DNA of 64,000 nt from positions 62,001 to 126,000 of the forward strand of contig AP039697.1 in the NCBI GenBank assembly GCA_051599415.1. Direction: 5' to 3'. Positions 1 through 11,882 of this stretch are shown here, piece by piece; the stretch's first letter is position 1; each line of letters opens with the position of its first letter. The notes beneath the pieces were generated by a model. That model saw nothing but the letters and a program-made list of their open reading frames with translations, had not been told where the DNA came from and did not search any database. Source of the stretch: Savitreella phatthalungensis (Eukaryota). The translations under genes and the position numbers were made by a program.

Positions 1-587
1 TTTATATTCTCGACAGAGCTATCAAATCGATTATACCTTCGACTATCACAATTAATGAATTAATCCGGCGGGATGAGCCTGCTGCACTCACCAGCACTGA
101 ATAATACTGTATACAGTGGAGTGGCTGATCGAACTTCTGAATGTCTACAGGTCTCAGCATCCACCCACACACATACGCCCCCCTGTTCTCTTCTCAAACT
201 GTTCTCCCGCGGCTTACACCAATCGTGGGTTTGAATCCTTCTCACAGCAGCGCCTCTATCCGCATTCATCCATCCATTCAGCGGCAACTCCAGACCATCG
301 ATCTGTCGACAGGATCTCGAGTCCGATCCTTGAGAAATCATCTCTATTTGTCAGAACGGCCGATAATCAGGAAGGAGCTTACATGTCGAATTGTGAAGCT
401 CTGGCATACTACCATTGAAGTGTACAACGAACAGTTGCTGCTGCTGAAACATATTTCCTTTCGTCATTGTCAGACACGTCAGCGACACAACTATACGCGC
501 TATTTCAGACAAAGCTGGAAGCATCACTCCAGCACCTTGCTAGCCAGTACGCAATAAACCACTTGCAATCTTCTGATAACAGCAATC

Positions 588-1868
588 ATGAATCCGGCAA
601 TCTCATGGACTCTTTTCCTGGGTATCATTGGTACGATCTATGTCAGCGTCAATGGTGTCCCTCAAATTATCAAACGGGCAATTCAGCCGCAGTCTACGCC
701 GCTCAGTGACAGTGAGATCGAGGCAGATAGCAAATCAGTCGCATCGACGACAACATCATCCAAACCGGGCAAGTCACGAGCTGGTGGTAGCAACAACAAC
801 AGAAGAGCTGAAGCGTCGATTAACAGCAAAGCTAATGCGTCGTCTTCAGGCTCGAAGCAATCGACAGTCGCGAAGGTTGTGGGGCAGGCGCATGACGCTG
901 TGACCACAATTGCTAAGGAAGTCAATAAGACAGCTTCCAGTGCGCTGAGGCAGCACAATGAAGTGATCGAGCCAAAGAATCAAAAGAAAGCTGGCAGCAA
1001 TAAGCAAGGGAACCAGAAAAACAAAGTTGCCGCATGGTATGATAAGGATGCTGAAGCCGTCCCGGAATACCTTGCACCGCGAGCTAACGATCGGCCTGCC
1101 ATTTCAGGTGAAGCTTGGCAACGCGTTCCGGGCACGTCCGAGGCTGGCAAGCACCTTGCACAGCAGCATTTTGAGAAGACACGCTCAGCTCCTCACATGA
1201 CTGACGATATGCTCGAGCCAGATTCGACCTTCGTGGCACGTACGCTTCGCATAGTGCCGAGTGGTAGTCCCGCGCAGTCGGCCAAGCAGTCGCGACCAAA
1301 GAAGCAGGAAGAACAGCCATTGACGAAGAAGCAACGACAAAATGCAGCTAAAAAGGCCAAAGCACAGCAGGAAAAGGAGCTTCTGCGAAGCGAACAGGAG
1401 CAAGCTCTACAGAAACACAAGAAGAATCTGGAAAAGCAACGCATTATCGAGCTCGATTCATTGGCCAAGCAGGCAGCTAAGAAGCAGTCGAATGGGCAGC
1501 AACATGCGGCGGGCAAATCTGTTTGGACCGATGAATCGACTTCCAGAGCAGGAGATGTGGATGGCTGGGCGTCGAACGACGGATCCTGGGCCGACGCCTC
1601 ATCGACTGTCAACAACATTCCCGAGACTGCTTCGAAGCAATCAACGAATGTTTCCAACACAACCAGGGAGCCTGCAGGGAATGCCAATGACGATTGGGAA
1701 ACCGTCACTTCAGGCAAGCGCTCCATCGCTGCAGCTTCTTCCACCGTCGCAGGATCTTCCACGTCGACGGCAGGCAATTCGAGCAAGGCTGCAGGAGTCA
1801 ATGGTCACGCTAGCAATGGCAAGGCCAGCGCCGATAACAATCGCTTCGGCAAGCTCATCTGGGAATAG
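588..1868 (+). CDS. Uncharacterised protein with N-terminal hydrophobic anchor and Lys/Gln-rich coiled-coil/low-complexity body
   Basis: 426-aa ATG ORF. Hydrophobic N-terminus (ISWTLFLGIIGTIYVSV), charged helix TKKQRQNAAKKAKAQQEKE, ends GKLIWE. No catalytic motif recognised. Confidence 0.75.
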   Translation: MNPAISWTLFLGIIGTIYVSVNGVPQIIKRAIQPQSTPLSDSEIEADSKSVASTTTSSKPGKSRAGGSNNNRRAEASINSKANASSSGSKQSTVAKVVGQAHDAVTTIAKEVNKTASSALRQHNEVIEPKNQKKAGSNKQGNQKNKVAAWYDKDAEAVPEYLAPRANDRPAISGEAWQRVPGTSEAGKHLAQQHFEKTRSAPHMTDDMLEPDSTFVARTLRIVPSGSPAQSAKQSRPKKQEEQPLTKKQRQNAAKKAKAQQEKELLRSEQEQALQKHKKNLEKQRIIELDSLAKQAAKKQSNGQQHAAGKSVWTDESTSRAGDVDGWASNDGSWADASSTVNNIPETASKQSTNVSNTTREPAGNANDDWETVTSGKRSIAAASSTVAGSSTSTAGNSSKAAGVNGHASNGKASADNNRFGKLIWE

Positions 1869-2028
1869 CGCATTACCCCAAGAGTGGTTTAATCTTTTAC
1901 ATATATAGCTCGCTATTTAGCTCGCTTAGTTCCTTCCCACCAGGGGGCCACCTGGCCAAAATGAACGCACGGCTCCACAGCACACACATGTTCTCCCAGA
2001 TCTCGAAAGGGGTTCCAGCGTGAATGCC

Positions 2029-2609
2029 ATGAACGGTTTGCTGAGATCGCGGCGCGAAGCTCTCGGTGCAATCATGCTAGGCACGTCTCGCGTCCTCTTT
2101 CGGAGGTCATGTGTCAAGCTGCCGGGTCGATGCCAGCACACGGCTGCGACGGCTGGCGTGAGAAACATACGCGCGGTGCTGTTTGGTCATGACAATTGTG
2201 CCCTCTGCTTGCGAGCGAAAGGTATGTCTCCAGGGATCGTGAGTGCCGTCTACTGACACTCGATCCAGCCGCACTGACATCCGTGGCAGAATCACACAGG
2301 GTCTGCCAGGTGAAACGGTCCAGCCGGATCGTTGACTGGCGGTATGTCAATATCAACGGTGTTGATACGGCGACAGAGCACGAGAATGCGATGGCGGCTT
2401 ACTGGCGGGAGTTCTACGTCTTTGATGTTCCTGTGATTCACTTCTACGATGCGTACTTGCCAGACGGCAGACTTTCAGGAGAAACGGCGACACGACAAGA
2501 GGTACCCTTGCTGGACAAGGCGGCCGATGCAGCTTGGCGCAAGGGCCGCATCATGCATCATATTGGCGAAAGCGAGATTCTGAAAGCACTTGATGACCTT
2601 GAGGTTTGA
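2029..2609 (+). CDS. Glutaredoxin-like (DUF836-type) thioredoxin-fold protein, probably mitochondrial; 2 exons
   Basis: Intron 2222..2268 (GTATGT...TACTGAC...CAG) joins ...LFGHDNCALCLRAK to AALTSVAES...YVFDVPVIHF...RIMHHIGESEILKAL in frame. CxxC plus cis-Pro (DVPV) motifs; Arg-rich leader. Start could be ATG 2029 or 2074. Confidence 0.75.
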
Positions 2610-2743
2610 GCTCCTGGGTTTCACATGTCACGAAAAGCAAGAGATATGCCGTGCGATCATTGATTTCTGACTGCTCTAATGGGTTTCTTTCGCCATCAAG
2701 CGATGTCCTATGCTTTTTGCTCCGAATTATGAGGGTCACCGAC

Positions 2744-3658
2744 TCAATAGACCTTCTTCTTGTCCATGGCGATATCTCCAGCGCCCATGTTGACGAGCAG
2801 AAGCAATCCTCCCATGATCGAAAGGGTCTGGAAGAAATCGTACTTGAGGAAATCTCGCTGGGGAGAAGTATGATGGACGGTCCAGAAGTTGTTGATGAGC
2901 AAGTTCATGAGCGATAGCATCAGAACGAGCAGAGTCGCTGACAGCCTCGCCTTAAACCCGACCACGACCATGATGCATGCCACAAAGCCGATCAAGGAGA
3001 AAATGACGCGAGTGAATGACCACTGTCCGTGGAAGACAAAGCCAACGAACAGGAAGATGAGGAGAACACGACCGGCCAGCTGGAAGTACTTGCGCCGGTC
3101 GGTCTCGCTCAGAGTCGGCAGACCAGCAAATATCTGTTTGCGCTGGGACATCGAGTCAGATAGCACCATGAGTAGACCTCCGACAACGGAGAGGTTGCGG
3201 AAGAAGAAGTTGAGGTCGAAGATAAGACCATATCCGAGCGCCTGAGAGACGACGACACCAAGCAGCATGCCGATGGCGATTTCTGTGTAGCGTCTTGCAA
3301 CAACAAGATAGGATCCCGCGGCCATCGCCAGTACGTTAGCGAGGAGGAAGAGGTGGGAGAAGCCCCACCAAATGCCTCTGTAGGTCTGGAGGTAGTAAAG
3401 CTGGTCTCCCCATTGTGTCAGAATCCGGATGGCGTCTTCGAGGAAGGTGACGACAATGAGAAAGCGTCCGAGTGCAGGCAGATACGGCTTGACTGGCTCG
3501 AATGTCGAATCCAGCACATCCTCGACCTTTGCACTGATCTGCTTGACGGTGTCTAGAGGAGACTCGACCGATGGTGATCCAGCTGATGGGGCAGAGATAT
3601 TTGGACGACCTGCGGCGTATGCTCCTCCGCCTATGTTATTGCGCTGGTAGCCCGACAT
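2744..3658 (-). CDS. ERV29: SURF4/Erv29 ER-to-Golgi cargo receptor
   Basis: 304 aa, multiple TM segments, motifs LGRFLIVVTFLEDAIRI and RDFLKYDFFQTLSIMGGLLLLVNMGAG, C-terminal di-lysine KKKVY. Confidence 0.95.
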   Translation of the reverse strand: MSGYQRNNIGGGAYAAGRPNISAPSAGSPSVESPLDTVKQISAKVEDVLDSTFEPVKPYLPALGRFLIVVTFLEDAIRILTQWGDQLYYLQTYRGIWWGFSHLFLLANVLAMAAGSYLVVARRYTEIAIGMLLGVVVSQALGYGLIFDLNFFFRNLSVVGGLLMVLSDSMSQRKQIFAGLPTLSETDRRKYFQLAGRVLLIFLFVGFVFHGQWSFTRVIFSLIGFVACIMVVVGFKARLSATLLVLMLSLMNLLINNFWTVHHTSPQRDFLKYDFFQTLSIMGGLLLLVNMGAGDIAMDKKKVY

Positions 3659-4459
3659 TATGCTTTTGCGGAGAGGGAAACTTGAATCAAGAGGTTGATG
3701 ACGTTCGACCTGCTGTGTTGGGACGACAATGCTTTACTAGCCGGAACGAGCAATGGATTGCGTAGTGATTTGGTCGTTCGTGAGACAATGTCCGACTGAT
3801 TACGAGCTAGCCCGTGCAGAGTGCGAATCTTTCGATTTGTAGACGACCAGGTGAGACTTCGAGCAAGGATGTAGTCACTTTTCGTGCTCCTGCTCGTGCC
3901 GTACTGTATTGTGTTCTGATGTGATGTGCTTCGGTGCTACCGTGTTGGCGACGTGTAGCTGGCAATAGGTCTGTGTGCGTGTGCGGGTGCGGTTACGGGT
4001 TTGAGTGTAAGAGTATAAGCGGGTATGAGTTTGGAACAGGATCGTCATTGACAATTGAGTTCGATGCAGACTGACGCACTGCAATTCGATCTTCAGCTCG
4101 ATACTCACTTCACATTTCGAGCATGAATGAATACGGATTTTATTTAAAAAAATCCAAGATTTTAAGAGAATTTGACCACTCGCGATAATTCCAGATCTAA
4201 TAAGGCTATAGATTGAATTAAGCTTTCGTCTAGCTGCATTACGCAGACCACGCCGAACGCATAGCCCCCCGGAGAGCATCTGCCCTTCGTGGCATGGCCA
4301 GGAACGTCAAGTGGCAGTTGTGAAAGAGGCCCCTCGCTATGCCAGAGTACATGCAAGATAGACCCTTACACCCTCTTCAGCTCAAGACCCATTGCATACT
4401 GACAAGCCCTGTTCTTGTGCACCGAGCTCGCCATGGCCCAAAGGTTTGACGTAACTAAT

Positions 4460-5476
4460 CTAGCTAGACGTGGCGGCAGTTCGAGCCTTCTTCTTGAGAG
4501 CACGCTTGCGTATGGCAAGGTGCATCTTCCTGTTCATCTCGACCACGAATGGTGATTTGCGTCCGACAACCTCTAAGAAGTACGCCATGACGTGATGGGC
4601 CCAGTGCGGGGTCACGACAGGGCTGGAGCCCTTGATAGACATGAGCGTGGCAGAGACAAAGTGGGACGGCGTCGGAATGGTTAACGACGGTTTGCGAATT
4701 TTGGACATTTTCGAAGTGACGAGGTAGGAGTTGACGCATTTGACGGTGACGAGCGGGCGCTTCTGGCGCAACTCCGACGCAAGCGCGATGCTCCACGTCT
4801 CGAGGAAAGCCTTCGAGCCCGAGTAGGTGGCAAGGAGCGGGGTAGGCAGGTAGCCTCCGAACGAACCCATGGTCAGAATTAGTGATTTGCGCTCCGACAG
4901 CTTCTTCAGACAGATCTGCGTCGTGCGCAACGTGAAGTGAATATTGATGTCGATGATGCTTCGCATCTCCGAGACGGGCGTCTCGTCGAATGGTACCGGG
5001 ATATCGTGCGATTGACCGACGTTGTTCACGAGAACGCCTACCTGTGGCAAAGAAGAGACTGTTTGATCGAGCTTCTTGAAGTCTGCTTCTTTGAGCAAGG
5101 AGGCATCAATTGCTAGAGTCTTCGTCTTAACACCAAAACGACCCTCTATCTCCTCAGCCAGCGCATCGAGCTTTGATTGCGTGCGCGAGACAAGAAGAAT
5201 GTTGAACTTCTGCTTGGCAAGTTGCTTTGCGAATTCTGCGCCGATGCCGTCACTCGCGCCGGTCACGATTGCCCAGCAGTCCTTGTCACGGGAACCAAAG
5301 CTCGAGAGCGACATGCCTGGTAGCACAAAGTCTGCGGTGAAATTGGCGAACGACCAGCTTGCGAAGAAAAGGCCGATAATACCGATGATGATGACAGCTT
5401 CTGCATTCTTCAGCTGCTGGTAGATGAGACCTGCATTCAGCTGGACCTCACGGATCAATGCCGTGACAGACTCCAT
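4460..5476 (-). CDS. IFA38: Very-long-chain 3-oxoacyl-CoA reductase (SDR family)
   Basis: TGASDGIG NAD(P)-binding motif, NNVGQSHDIPVPF, catalytic YSGSK, LVTSKMSKIRKPS, C-terminal IRKRALKKKAR. Confidence 0.92.
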   Translation of the reverse strand: MESVTALIREVQLNAGLIYQQLKNAEAVIIIGIIGLFFASWSFANFTADFVLPGMSLSSFGSRDKDCWAIVTGASDGIGAEFAKQLAKQKFNILLVSRTQSKLDALAEEIEGRFGVKTKTLAIDASLLKEADFKKLDQTVSSLPQVGVLVNNVGQSHDIPVPFDETPVSEMRSIIDINIHFTLRTTQICLKKLSERKSLILTMGSFGGYLPTPLLATYSGSKAFLETWSIALASELRQKRPLVTVKCVNSYLVTSKMSKIRKPSLTIPTPSHFVSATLMSIKGSSPVVTPHWAHHVMAYFLEVVGRKSPFVVEMNRKMHLAIRKRALKKKARTAATSS

Positions 5477-5807
5477 GATCTAGGTGGCCAATAGTGTCCA
5501 GTCCGAGCAATGCTGTCCACGTCCAGTGTTATGTACGCGAGTGTTGGGTGATTCGACAACAGTACAGTTCGTGGAGCAGCGCTTACGGTCAATTTTCTAA
5601 ATATTACCGCGGCCAACATGTCCTGTGATTTCGACGTCGAAAGTATGCACACATGTGCAGTTGGTTAATTTTGGGACGCAGAATGCATGTGATTCGGAGA
5701 GACCAGCTCATATCGGTCCTCGGCTCTACGGTATGTACTCTGTCCCAGCCAATGCTCCTCGTGAATCGTTGTCGTAATTATGGGTCAACAGTGGACTTGA
5801 GACTATC

Positions 5808-6600
5808 TCATAGTCGTTTAAGTGCTTTGCGCCGCGCATCTGCAGCTTTCTTAAGCTTGGCGGCCAACACCTTCTCCTCGCTAGTGGCCTTGCTTTTCTT
5901 CGAGCTCTGCTCTGCGTGATCGCTCTCCCTCAGTCTCACGTTCCCCGAGCTTTGGGTGAGTACAGCTGCTGGCTCAGTTGCGCTCGAAAGCTTCTGTATT
6001 ACCCGCCGGTCTTCTGCTAGCAAAGCTAGGCCCTGGTCGATTGTAAGCGCATGTATATCAGTGTACATACGCGCGTGCTTCTCAAATGCTCCGTAATCCT
6101 CGAGAAGAAGTCTGCCTGCTTCGTCGTTCAGCGCACTGTCCGGTCCTGGCTCGATTAAGAGACACTTGATGACGAGCAGTATATGAGAAATGCTGACATC
6201 TGCTGTCCAGTCACGCTTCAGTGTATTGACACATATATCGCCTTTACTTGACACATTCGCTGGTTCGTCAGCTTCATACTCCCTGCAATCAACCTGGTTG
6301 TCACGTACGATGGAAAAGCTTCGTCAAGAAATAACCCTTTGGCGGTGCTGTGGGGTAGTCATCGCCATAGACAAGCCGCATCCGAAACGCGCCTGTTGGT
6401 CAGTAGCGATACGTGGACGTCAAAGCAGTGACCTTACCTCCGGCATAGGGAGTGCCAGCCGGCCCGAATATTACAGCTTCGATTTCACTGAGACTGCCAC
6501 CAGCTTCGCCTGTGCTCGGTAGAACCGCAATATCCTCGAGCTCGTCACAACAGGCTGCTGCATACTGCTTCGCCAGTCGGCGCCAGCTCACAGCGGACAT
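5808..6600 (-). CDS. UBE2S: Ubiquitin-conjugating enzyme E2 S-like; 3 exons
   Basis: ATG at 6600. Introns 6393..6437 (GTAAGG...CTGAC...CAG) and 6260..6308 (GTACGT...CTGAC...CAG) give [12 protein letters not shown]...[30 protein letters not shown]. Basic C-terminal tail RRKALKRL is typical of UBE2S. Confidence 0.88.
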
Positions 6601-6963
6601 AACGCCAGCGGCGTCTCCCTTAGAAATGCTGCAAGCTTCTCTACTTGCCGTACAGGTGACCCAGTGGGACGACCTATTACTTGTCTGGACACCGTTCAAT
6701 CCATGTAAATATAAACTTTGGCCTTTGATTTGAATTGCGTATACAGTTGCAGAATCCTGCATTTAGCAGGACACGTGCATTTGCTGGTGCATTCGCGTTG
6801 ACGGTGTAGTACAGCGAGTTTCGAAAAGGCCGCCCGTACGATGACTTGTGGTGACCACTCACCGGCACCATCAGCGTCCCTGTCCGATAGCGTTCCTATT
6901 ATGCATTATATGGTCGTATGACTAGTATCCTATGTTTACAATCGTCCAGTATATGGCGTTATA

Positions 6964-9900
6964 TCAGGCGATTCCGGGCGCTTCGCATTGCACGACCTTA
7001 ACCGGACCTGCTGTCGGTATCACCGTACAGACGGCGGGTGTGACATGAGGCATGGGGGGCACATCCGAGATCTGCTTATCCTGAACGAAATCCAACCGGA
7101 GCTTACGTAGCCCCTCGATAGACTTTCTGAATCGCATGTCGGGCGATTTGACGTCTTTCTGAGCCAGCGTACTGTCAATCGACGTGGGAGGCGAATTTTC
7201 CTTATCGCTCTCGGCCATGAATGAACCAGCAGCGGCTGGCGTTGACAGCATATTTGATGTGATGCTGGCCAGTGGAGGACGCTTAGCGGCCGGCTGGTGC
7301 AGCTGGAGCGGAGAGATGACGCCTACACTCGGAGGACCAGTGCTTGATGCAAGTGCAACAGGAGGCGAGTTCACGGAGAGGTGAATTGGCGGAGGTGACT
7401 TCCAGCCCGGCGAAGGTTGACGTAATGCGGATCGCAGTGGCTGGCCGGTCACGGTAGCCAGCATTGCCTCAAGCTGCTGTATCCGAGCGTCACGCTCATA
7501 CACCTGAGACATGAGGTCCCGCTTCTCGTGCTCGCGACGCTGAGCAACCTCGTCGAACTGCCGCTGGAGCAGGTCGATAGTCCGATCTTGCCGGGAGAGG
7601 TCAGCACGCAGACGATCTTCGACATCAGCCGCTTGGACCAGCTCAGCTTGCAAGCTCCGTTGCTCGGCCTGGGACTGCGCCAGTGTGACCGTCATATCCT
7701 TCCACTCCTGCATGAGATGGTCCATGCGACGCTCCTTGGTCGCCAGATCGGTTTGATACTGAATAGCATTCCGCTGCCGCTCCTCCTCAACATCGTTCAG
7801 ACGGCTTTGTAAGAATACAGTATCGCTCGTTCCTTTGCCCGATAGCTGTATGGAGCTTGGTCGGCTCTTCAATTCGCTTACAAGGCGATCGCAGGTCATT
7901 TCGAGGGCATTGACAGCAGCACGCGCTTCTGTAAGATCGCGTTCAAGTGTCTCGCGACGATCACGCTCGCTAGTGAGCTCTTGCTCATACGATGCTTGTC
8001 TCTCAGCCACCTCCCTCGCAGTGTCTTGTAGGTGCTGTTCAAGAAGTCCATATTTCTCCTGTGCGTTGTCACGCTCACGTCGGAGACGTGCACTCGACAG
8101 CTCAGAGTCCGAGTACTGTGATTGCAGGACTGTTGTGAGAGAGACAGCTTCGACAAGTTGAGCTTTGAGCGCGGCCTTTTCCTGCTCAATCGCGTCGCAA
8201 TGCTGACGAAGGTCTTCCGCCTCTTGCCACATCTTGCGCTGTTCAGCGTCGTGTTGCTCAAGATGATCCGCGACACTTCCACATGTGCTGATTGAGAGGC
8301 TCGCCAGTTTATCCTTGACTGCTCCGAGCTCAGCCTTGAGTAAGGAAGCTCGGACGAGCTCGTCATCACTGCCGTTTGCCCCGTCCATCAGCCCACGCAT
8401 ATCGGATGCCGTTCTGTTAAACGAGCTGAGATCGACTGATTGCCTGCAGCTCTCCACAGCATTGTGAGTGCCATCAAGCTTGCGCTCTACCTTTCGTAAA
8501 GACCTCTGAATGTCATAAACCGCGTCATTGACGCCTTTCAGCTTGGCGCTCAGCATCGCATCCAGAAGCAGAGCGACGTCAGCGTCGTCTCCTTGCTGCA
8601 CCAGTGTGCGTCGAGAAGAAGTCCTCCGAAGCTGCTGGAAAGACTGCTCGCCGGCGTGCTGAGCAAGCATGGTCGCTTCGCCGTGGCTCATCGGTTCGTC
8701 GTACAAATCGCTCGAGTCTGCAGTCTCGTACTCAGTCGCAGCTTGCTCTTGTTCCGGCAGTAGCGAAGACAAGTGGGTATCGTCGAAAAGCTGCCCATCG
8801 CTGTCATCCTCATGCTCTTCTTCGGCATAGGCTGCCATGTCGATGTCGCGTACGGAGAGATCCATGATAATGCTATCCAGCTCGGCGTCTGGCAAGCCAA
8901 CACTCTTGTTGAAGATGCGCTGTGGCTTTCTCGGGGTGCTTGCAGCTCCAATTGGCGGTGCAGACAGTGGCCGCGAACATTCTAATAACGACGAGTCTGA
9001 CAGATCCATCGACGGCTGCTTCTTGACAGGTGACGATCTCGTGGAAGGCGCATTCGAAGGGAAGCGGAAGGTCGCGATATTACGTTCTTCTTCTTCCGCA
9101 CCCGAGAAGCTCGACTCTTCGGTTACTGATTCAGCTTCTTCAGATGATACCTGAGCGCCGTTCTCGCCATACAGAACCATGTCGGCATCATATGCTGGCT
9201 GCAGCTCATCGTACATGATCATCGAACTTTCGTGCTGCGGATCGAGCGCCTGCATTATCACGTCCGCGGCATCTAATTGCTGGTTGGGCTGCATCTGCAC
9301 GGGTACCATATACTGATGGTATGGGTTGTACTCGAAGGAGATGGCTGCAGGATCAACCGGATAGCACCACGATTGCGATTCTGCTGTGATTTCATTGTCT
9401 TTGAGCTCCTTCATCATTGGCGTGCGCATTGCTTCGCGGAGCTGCGCAAGTCCTTGCAAGTCGAACTCGGTTGACATCGAGGGCGCATCATGTTGAGTTA
9501 GTGTGGCAAACATTGGTGCTCCGACCTCATTTGTCTCGTCTGCCCAGTCGAAGGAGACTGCGCGCCCGATGCTCTCACCCTTACCATGGGCCACAGACGA
9601 AGCGATTCCTGCCGACAATGTCAACTGAGCGAGGTGCGTCTCAAGAATAGATGGTTTCCGCTGAGAAACTAGCTCAGGCATGTCAAGAGAGCGAAGATGT
9701 TTGTGCATCTTGGTGGTCGCCGAAGCATCGAAGCTGGCCAGCCGCTCAACTTCGAGACGCAGAGGGACTGCACCGTTGCGAAGCTCGACATGAGTGACTG
9801 CTTCCGCGGTCTTCGTCGTTGGACACGTCGGATCTGCTGCTTTGCGAGCTGCAATGTCCTCGATATAGATGTCGATAGAGACGTCATCGGTGGAAGTCGT

Positions 9901-10857
9901 GACGGCAGATTCGTTGTCCGCTTCTGGAATGCTCTCACATGGAGTGACTCGTCTTGAGGCTGCACTGGCGGCGCTGAAAGATCGCATGATGACAGGCTGG
10001 ATGCTGCCAAGACGGCGATGCACAAGGTCACGGCCGGAGGCTGCGGATGCTGCGCGCCTTTCGCTCTGATGCATGATGGGCGGCACTCGCCGGAACTCGG
10101 GCAATGGTTGGCCATCCATGAGGCGCGAGACGCTCTGAGACAGCTTGTGTTGCTGTTCTTGGAGTTCAAGGATTTGCTGTTCGAGTGCAGTCGCGTGTCC
10201 GACAGAAAGGTTCGAAGGAAGAGGCTCGTGCGCAGCATCCACTCCTGTCGAGCTGCGTGCGGCCTGCAGCGCTGCCTGAACAGATGGACTCGGTGTGTGC
10301 AATCCGGAGACAAGATCGCGAACGCTGGGCTTCAGAGCAAGCGGATTTGGTCGCGCGACTCTGCCAGCAAGATCGTCACCAACACCTAGAGATTTGAGCT
10401 TCGTTTCTTTGACCTGCCTGACGTACTGTTCCCATTCGACTTTTGCCGCTTGTGTGAGGACAACGCAGGGAACCTTCATGGCCGAAGTCAGGTCGTTGGC
10501 ATCCACGACTTGATCCTCGAGCGAGTGACAAGATGAGCGTCCCTCGTGCAGGACTTGCTTGACCGGCGACTCTGGTAGACTGATAACTGTGCGGTAGAGC
10601 AGACCTCCCTCTTCGTCGTCCACGTCTGCAAGCTGTTGATCGATTGACGGGAGCAGGGCCTTGTTGTACGCTGGACCTTCAACGATGTCGGTGACCTCAC
10701 GCTTGAAATCGACGGATGGCAAAGACACCCGGGGTCGCCTTCCTTGTGCTCCCTTTCTTGCCCTCTCCTTAATGACTGGCCTAGTCGTTGCGCTCTGCTC
10801 GAAGCCAGATTCTGCTGCAAAGAGATCTGTTCTCGTGACGACGGAGGGAGAGATCAT
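6964..10857 (-). CDS. Large uncharacterised protein: disordered N-terminal/middle region, long C-terminal coiled coil
   Basis: About 1300-aa uninterrupted ORF; first in-frame ATG at 10857 (the track's 10884 start is GTG). Heptad-rich E/Q/L/R region at about 7480-8560. The true 5' end is uncertain. Confidence 0.8.
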   Translation of the reverse strand: MISPSVVTRTDLFAAESGFEQSATTRPVIKERARKGAQGRRPRVSLPSVDFKREVTDIVEGPAYNKALLPSIDQQLADVDDEEGGLLYRTVISLPESPVKQVLHEGRSSCHSLEDQVVDANDLTSAMKVPCVVLTQAAKVEWEQYVRQVKETKLKSLGVGDDLAGRVARPNPLALKPSVRDLVSGLHTPSPSVQAALQAARSSTGVDAAHEPLPSNLSVGHATALEQQILELQEQQHKLSQSVSRLMDGQPLPEFRRVPPIMHQSERRAASAASGRDLVHRRLGSIQPVIMRSFSAASAASRRVTPCESIPEADNESAVTTSTDDVSIDIYIEDIAARKAADPTCPTTKTAEAVTHVELRNGAVPLRLEVERLASFDASATTKMHKHLRSLDMPELVSQRKPSILETHLAQLTLSAGIASSVAHGKGESIGRAVSFDWADETNEVGAPMFATLTQHDAPSMSTEFDLQGLAQLREAMRTPMMKELKDNEITAESQSWCYPVDPAAISFEYNPYHQYMVPVQMQPNQQLDAADVIMQALDPQHESSMIMYDELQPAYDADMVLYGENGAQVSSEEAESVTEESSFSGAEEEERNIATFRFPSNAPSTRSSPVKKQPSMDLSDSSLLECSRPLSAPPIGAASTPRKPQRIFNKSVGLPDAELDSIIMDLSVRDIDMAAYAEEEHEDDSDGQLFDDTHLSSLLPEQEQAATEYETADSSDLYDEPMSHGEATMLAQHAGEQSFQQLRRTSSRRTLVQQGDDADVALLLDAMLSAKLKGVNDAVYDIQRSLRKVERKLDGTHNAVESCRQSVDLSSFNRTASDMRGLMDGANGSDDELVRASLLKAELGAVKDKLASLSISTCGSVADHLEQHDAEQRKMWQEAEDLRQHCDAIEQEKAALKAQLVEAVSLTTVLQSQYSDSELSSARLRRERDNAQEKYGLLEQHLQDTAREVAERQASYEQELTSERDRRETLERDLTEARAAVNALEMTCDRLVSELKSRPSSIQLSGKGTSDTVFLQSRLNDVEEERQRNAIQYQTDLATKERRMDHLMQEWKDMTVTLAQSQAEQRSLQAELVQAADVEDRLRADLSRQDRTIDLLQRQFDEVAQRREHEKRDLMSQVYERDARIQQLEAMLATVTGQPLRSALRQPSPGWKSPPPIHLSVNSPPVALASSTGPPSVGVISPLQLHQPAAKRPPLASITSNMLSTPAAAGSFMAESDKENSPPTSIDSTLAQKDVKSPDMRFRKSIEGLRKLRLDFVQDKQISDVPPMPHVTPAVCTVIPTAGPVKVVQCEAPGIA

Positions 10858-11882
10858 CGGACGAGCGGCATTCGTCTTCGGCACTGCTTTGCTCTGAAGG
10901 AAAGAGACCTTCTTTTGAGCGTGGAGGTATGTACGCGCGTAGTCGTGGGGAAGTACTCAAAAGATGTCTTTCAATCACATTCGTGGTAAGATCGCTGGTT
11001 GTTTGTGTTTTGGATCAACCGTTGACGACCGGTTACCGAGCTTGCGGCAAGCTCGATAGCGAGGCAGACTTCTCTGCTGCCAGCCTTTACTCATGGCCTT
11101 GGACTGCTGTGGCATGCTGTCCGGCCATCTGGAGGACTGGACAGCGGTAGGCGCTGACAGGCCGGAGTATAGATCGAGGCTTTGGTCATCCATGGGAGGC
11201 GTCTCAGAGTGCAACTATTGGTAGAGAAGATCGCAAGAGCTCTTCTGCTGAAAACTGAGGATGCTTTCTGGTGATCTCGAGAATGTGAGCTTAGTTCTTC
11301 AGACTTGAGTATTCGACCTGGCTCATCCGCACTTACGGCGACATAGATTCACTGTGTCTACTGACTGTATCTCAATTGGCTGCCCTTACCTTAGAGCCGA
11401 GATATGGAAGGATCCTCGGGGTCTGCGGCAGAGTCACTGTTTGCGCCTAAACCTCCTTCGCTTTTGACAGGCGTAACCTGATTCTTGACTATGTTGATTG
11501 GACGCCGAGGAATGTGTGGCTTTTCCAGGAAAGGAGGTCACGTGATTTAGAATCAACAATAGCAACCCTGAGCCACAGAAATCAATATCGTATATGTGGC
11601 GTAGATGGACGTCATTCGACATTCGACATCGATGGCACATGCGCACTATGGTATTCATTGATGCACACATCTCCCACCATGCGGGCTAGTGACTTGGTTC
11701 AAAGGAAGCTTCTTGCGTCTGAAGAGAGCCGGCAGTCCGGGGGTTCCTACTGGTCCTTCGTCGAGTCTTGTGTCAGAACCGCATCCTGTCTGCGGCGTTA
11801 GACAATGCATAGCTACTCGACTCGGTGACATTGCCGCAGACTGCATAAAAGACAACTGGCGACGTGGTAAGCTGTGGCAGAG

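Noticed and set aside
10975..11214. Short minus-strand ORF as exon 1 of the 1300-aa coiled-coil gene
   Set aside because: No convincing donor/branch/acceptor set joining it in frame was found; may be a uORF or noise.
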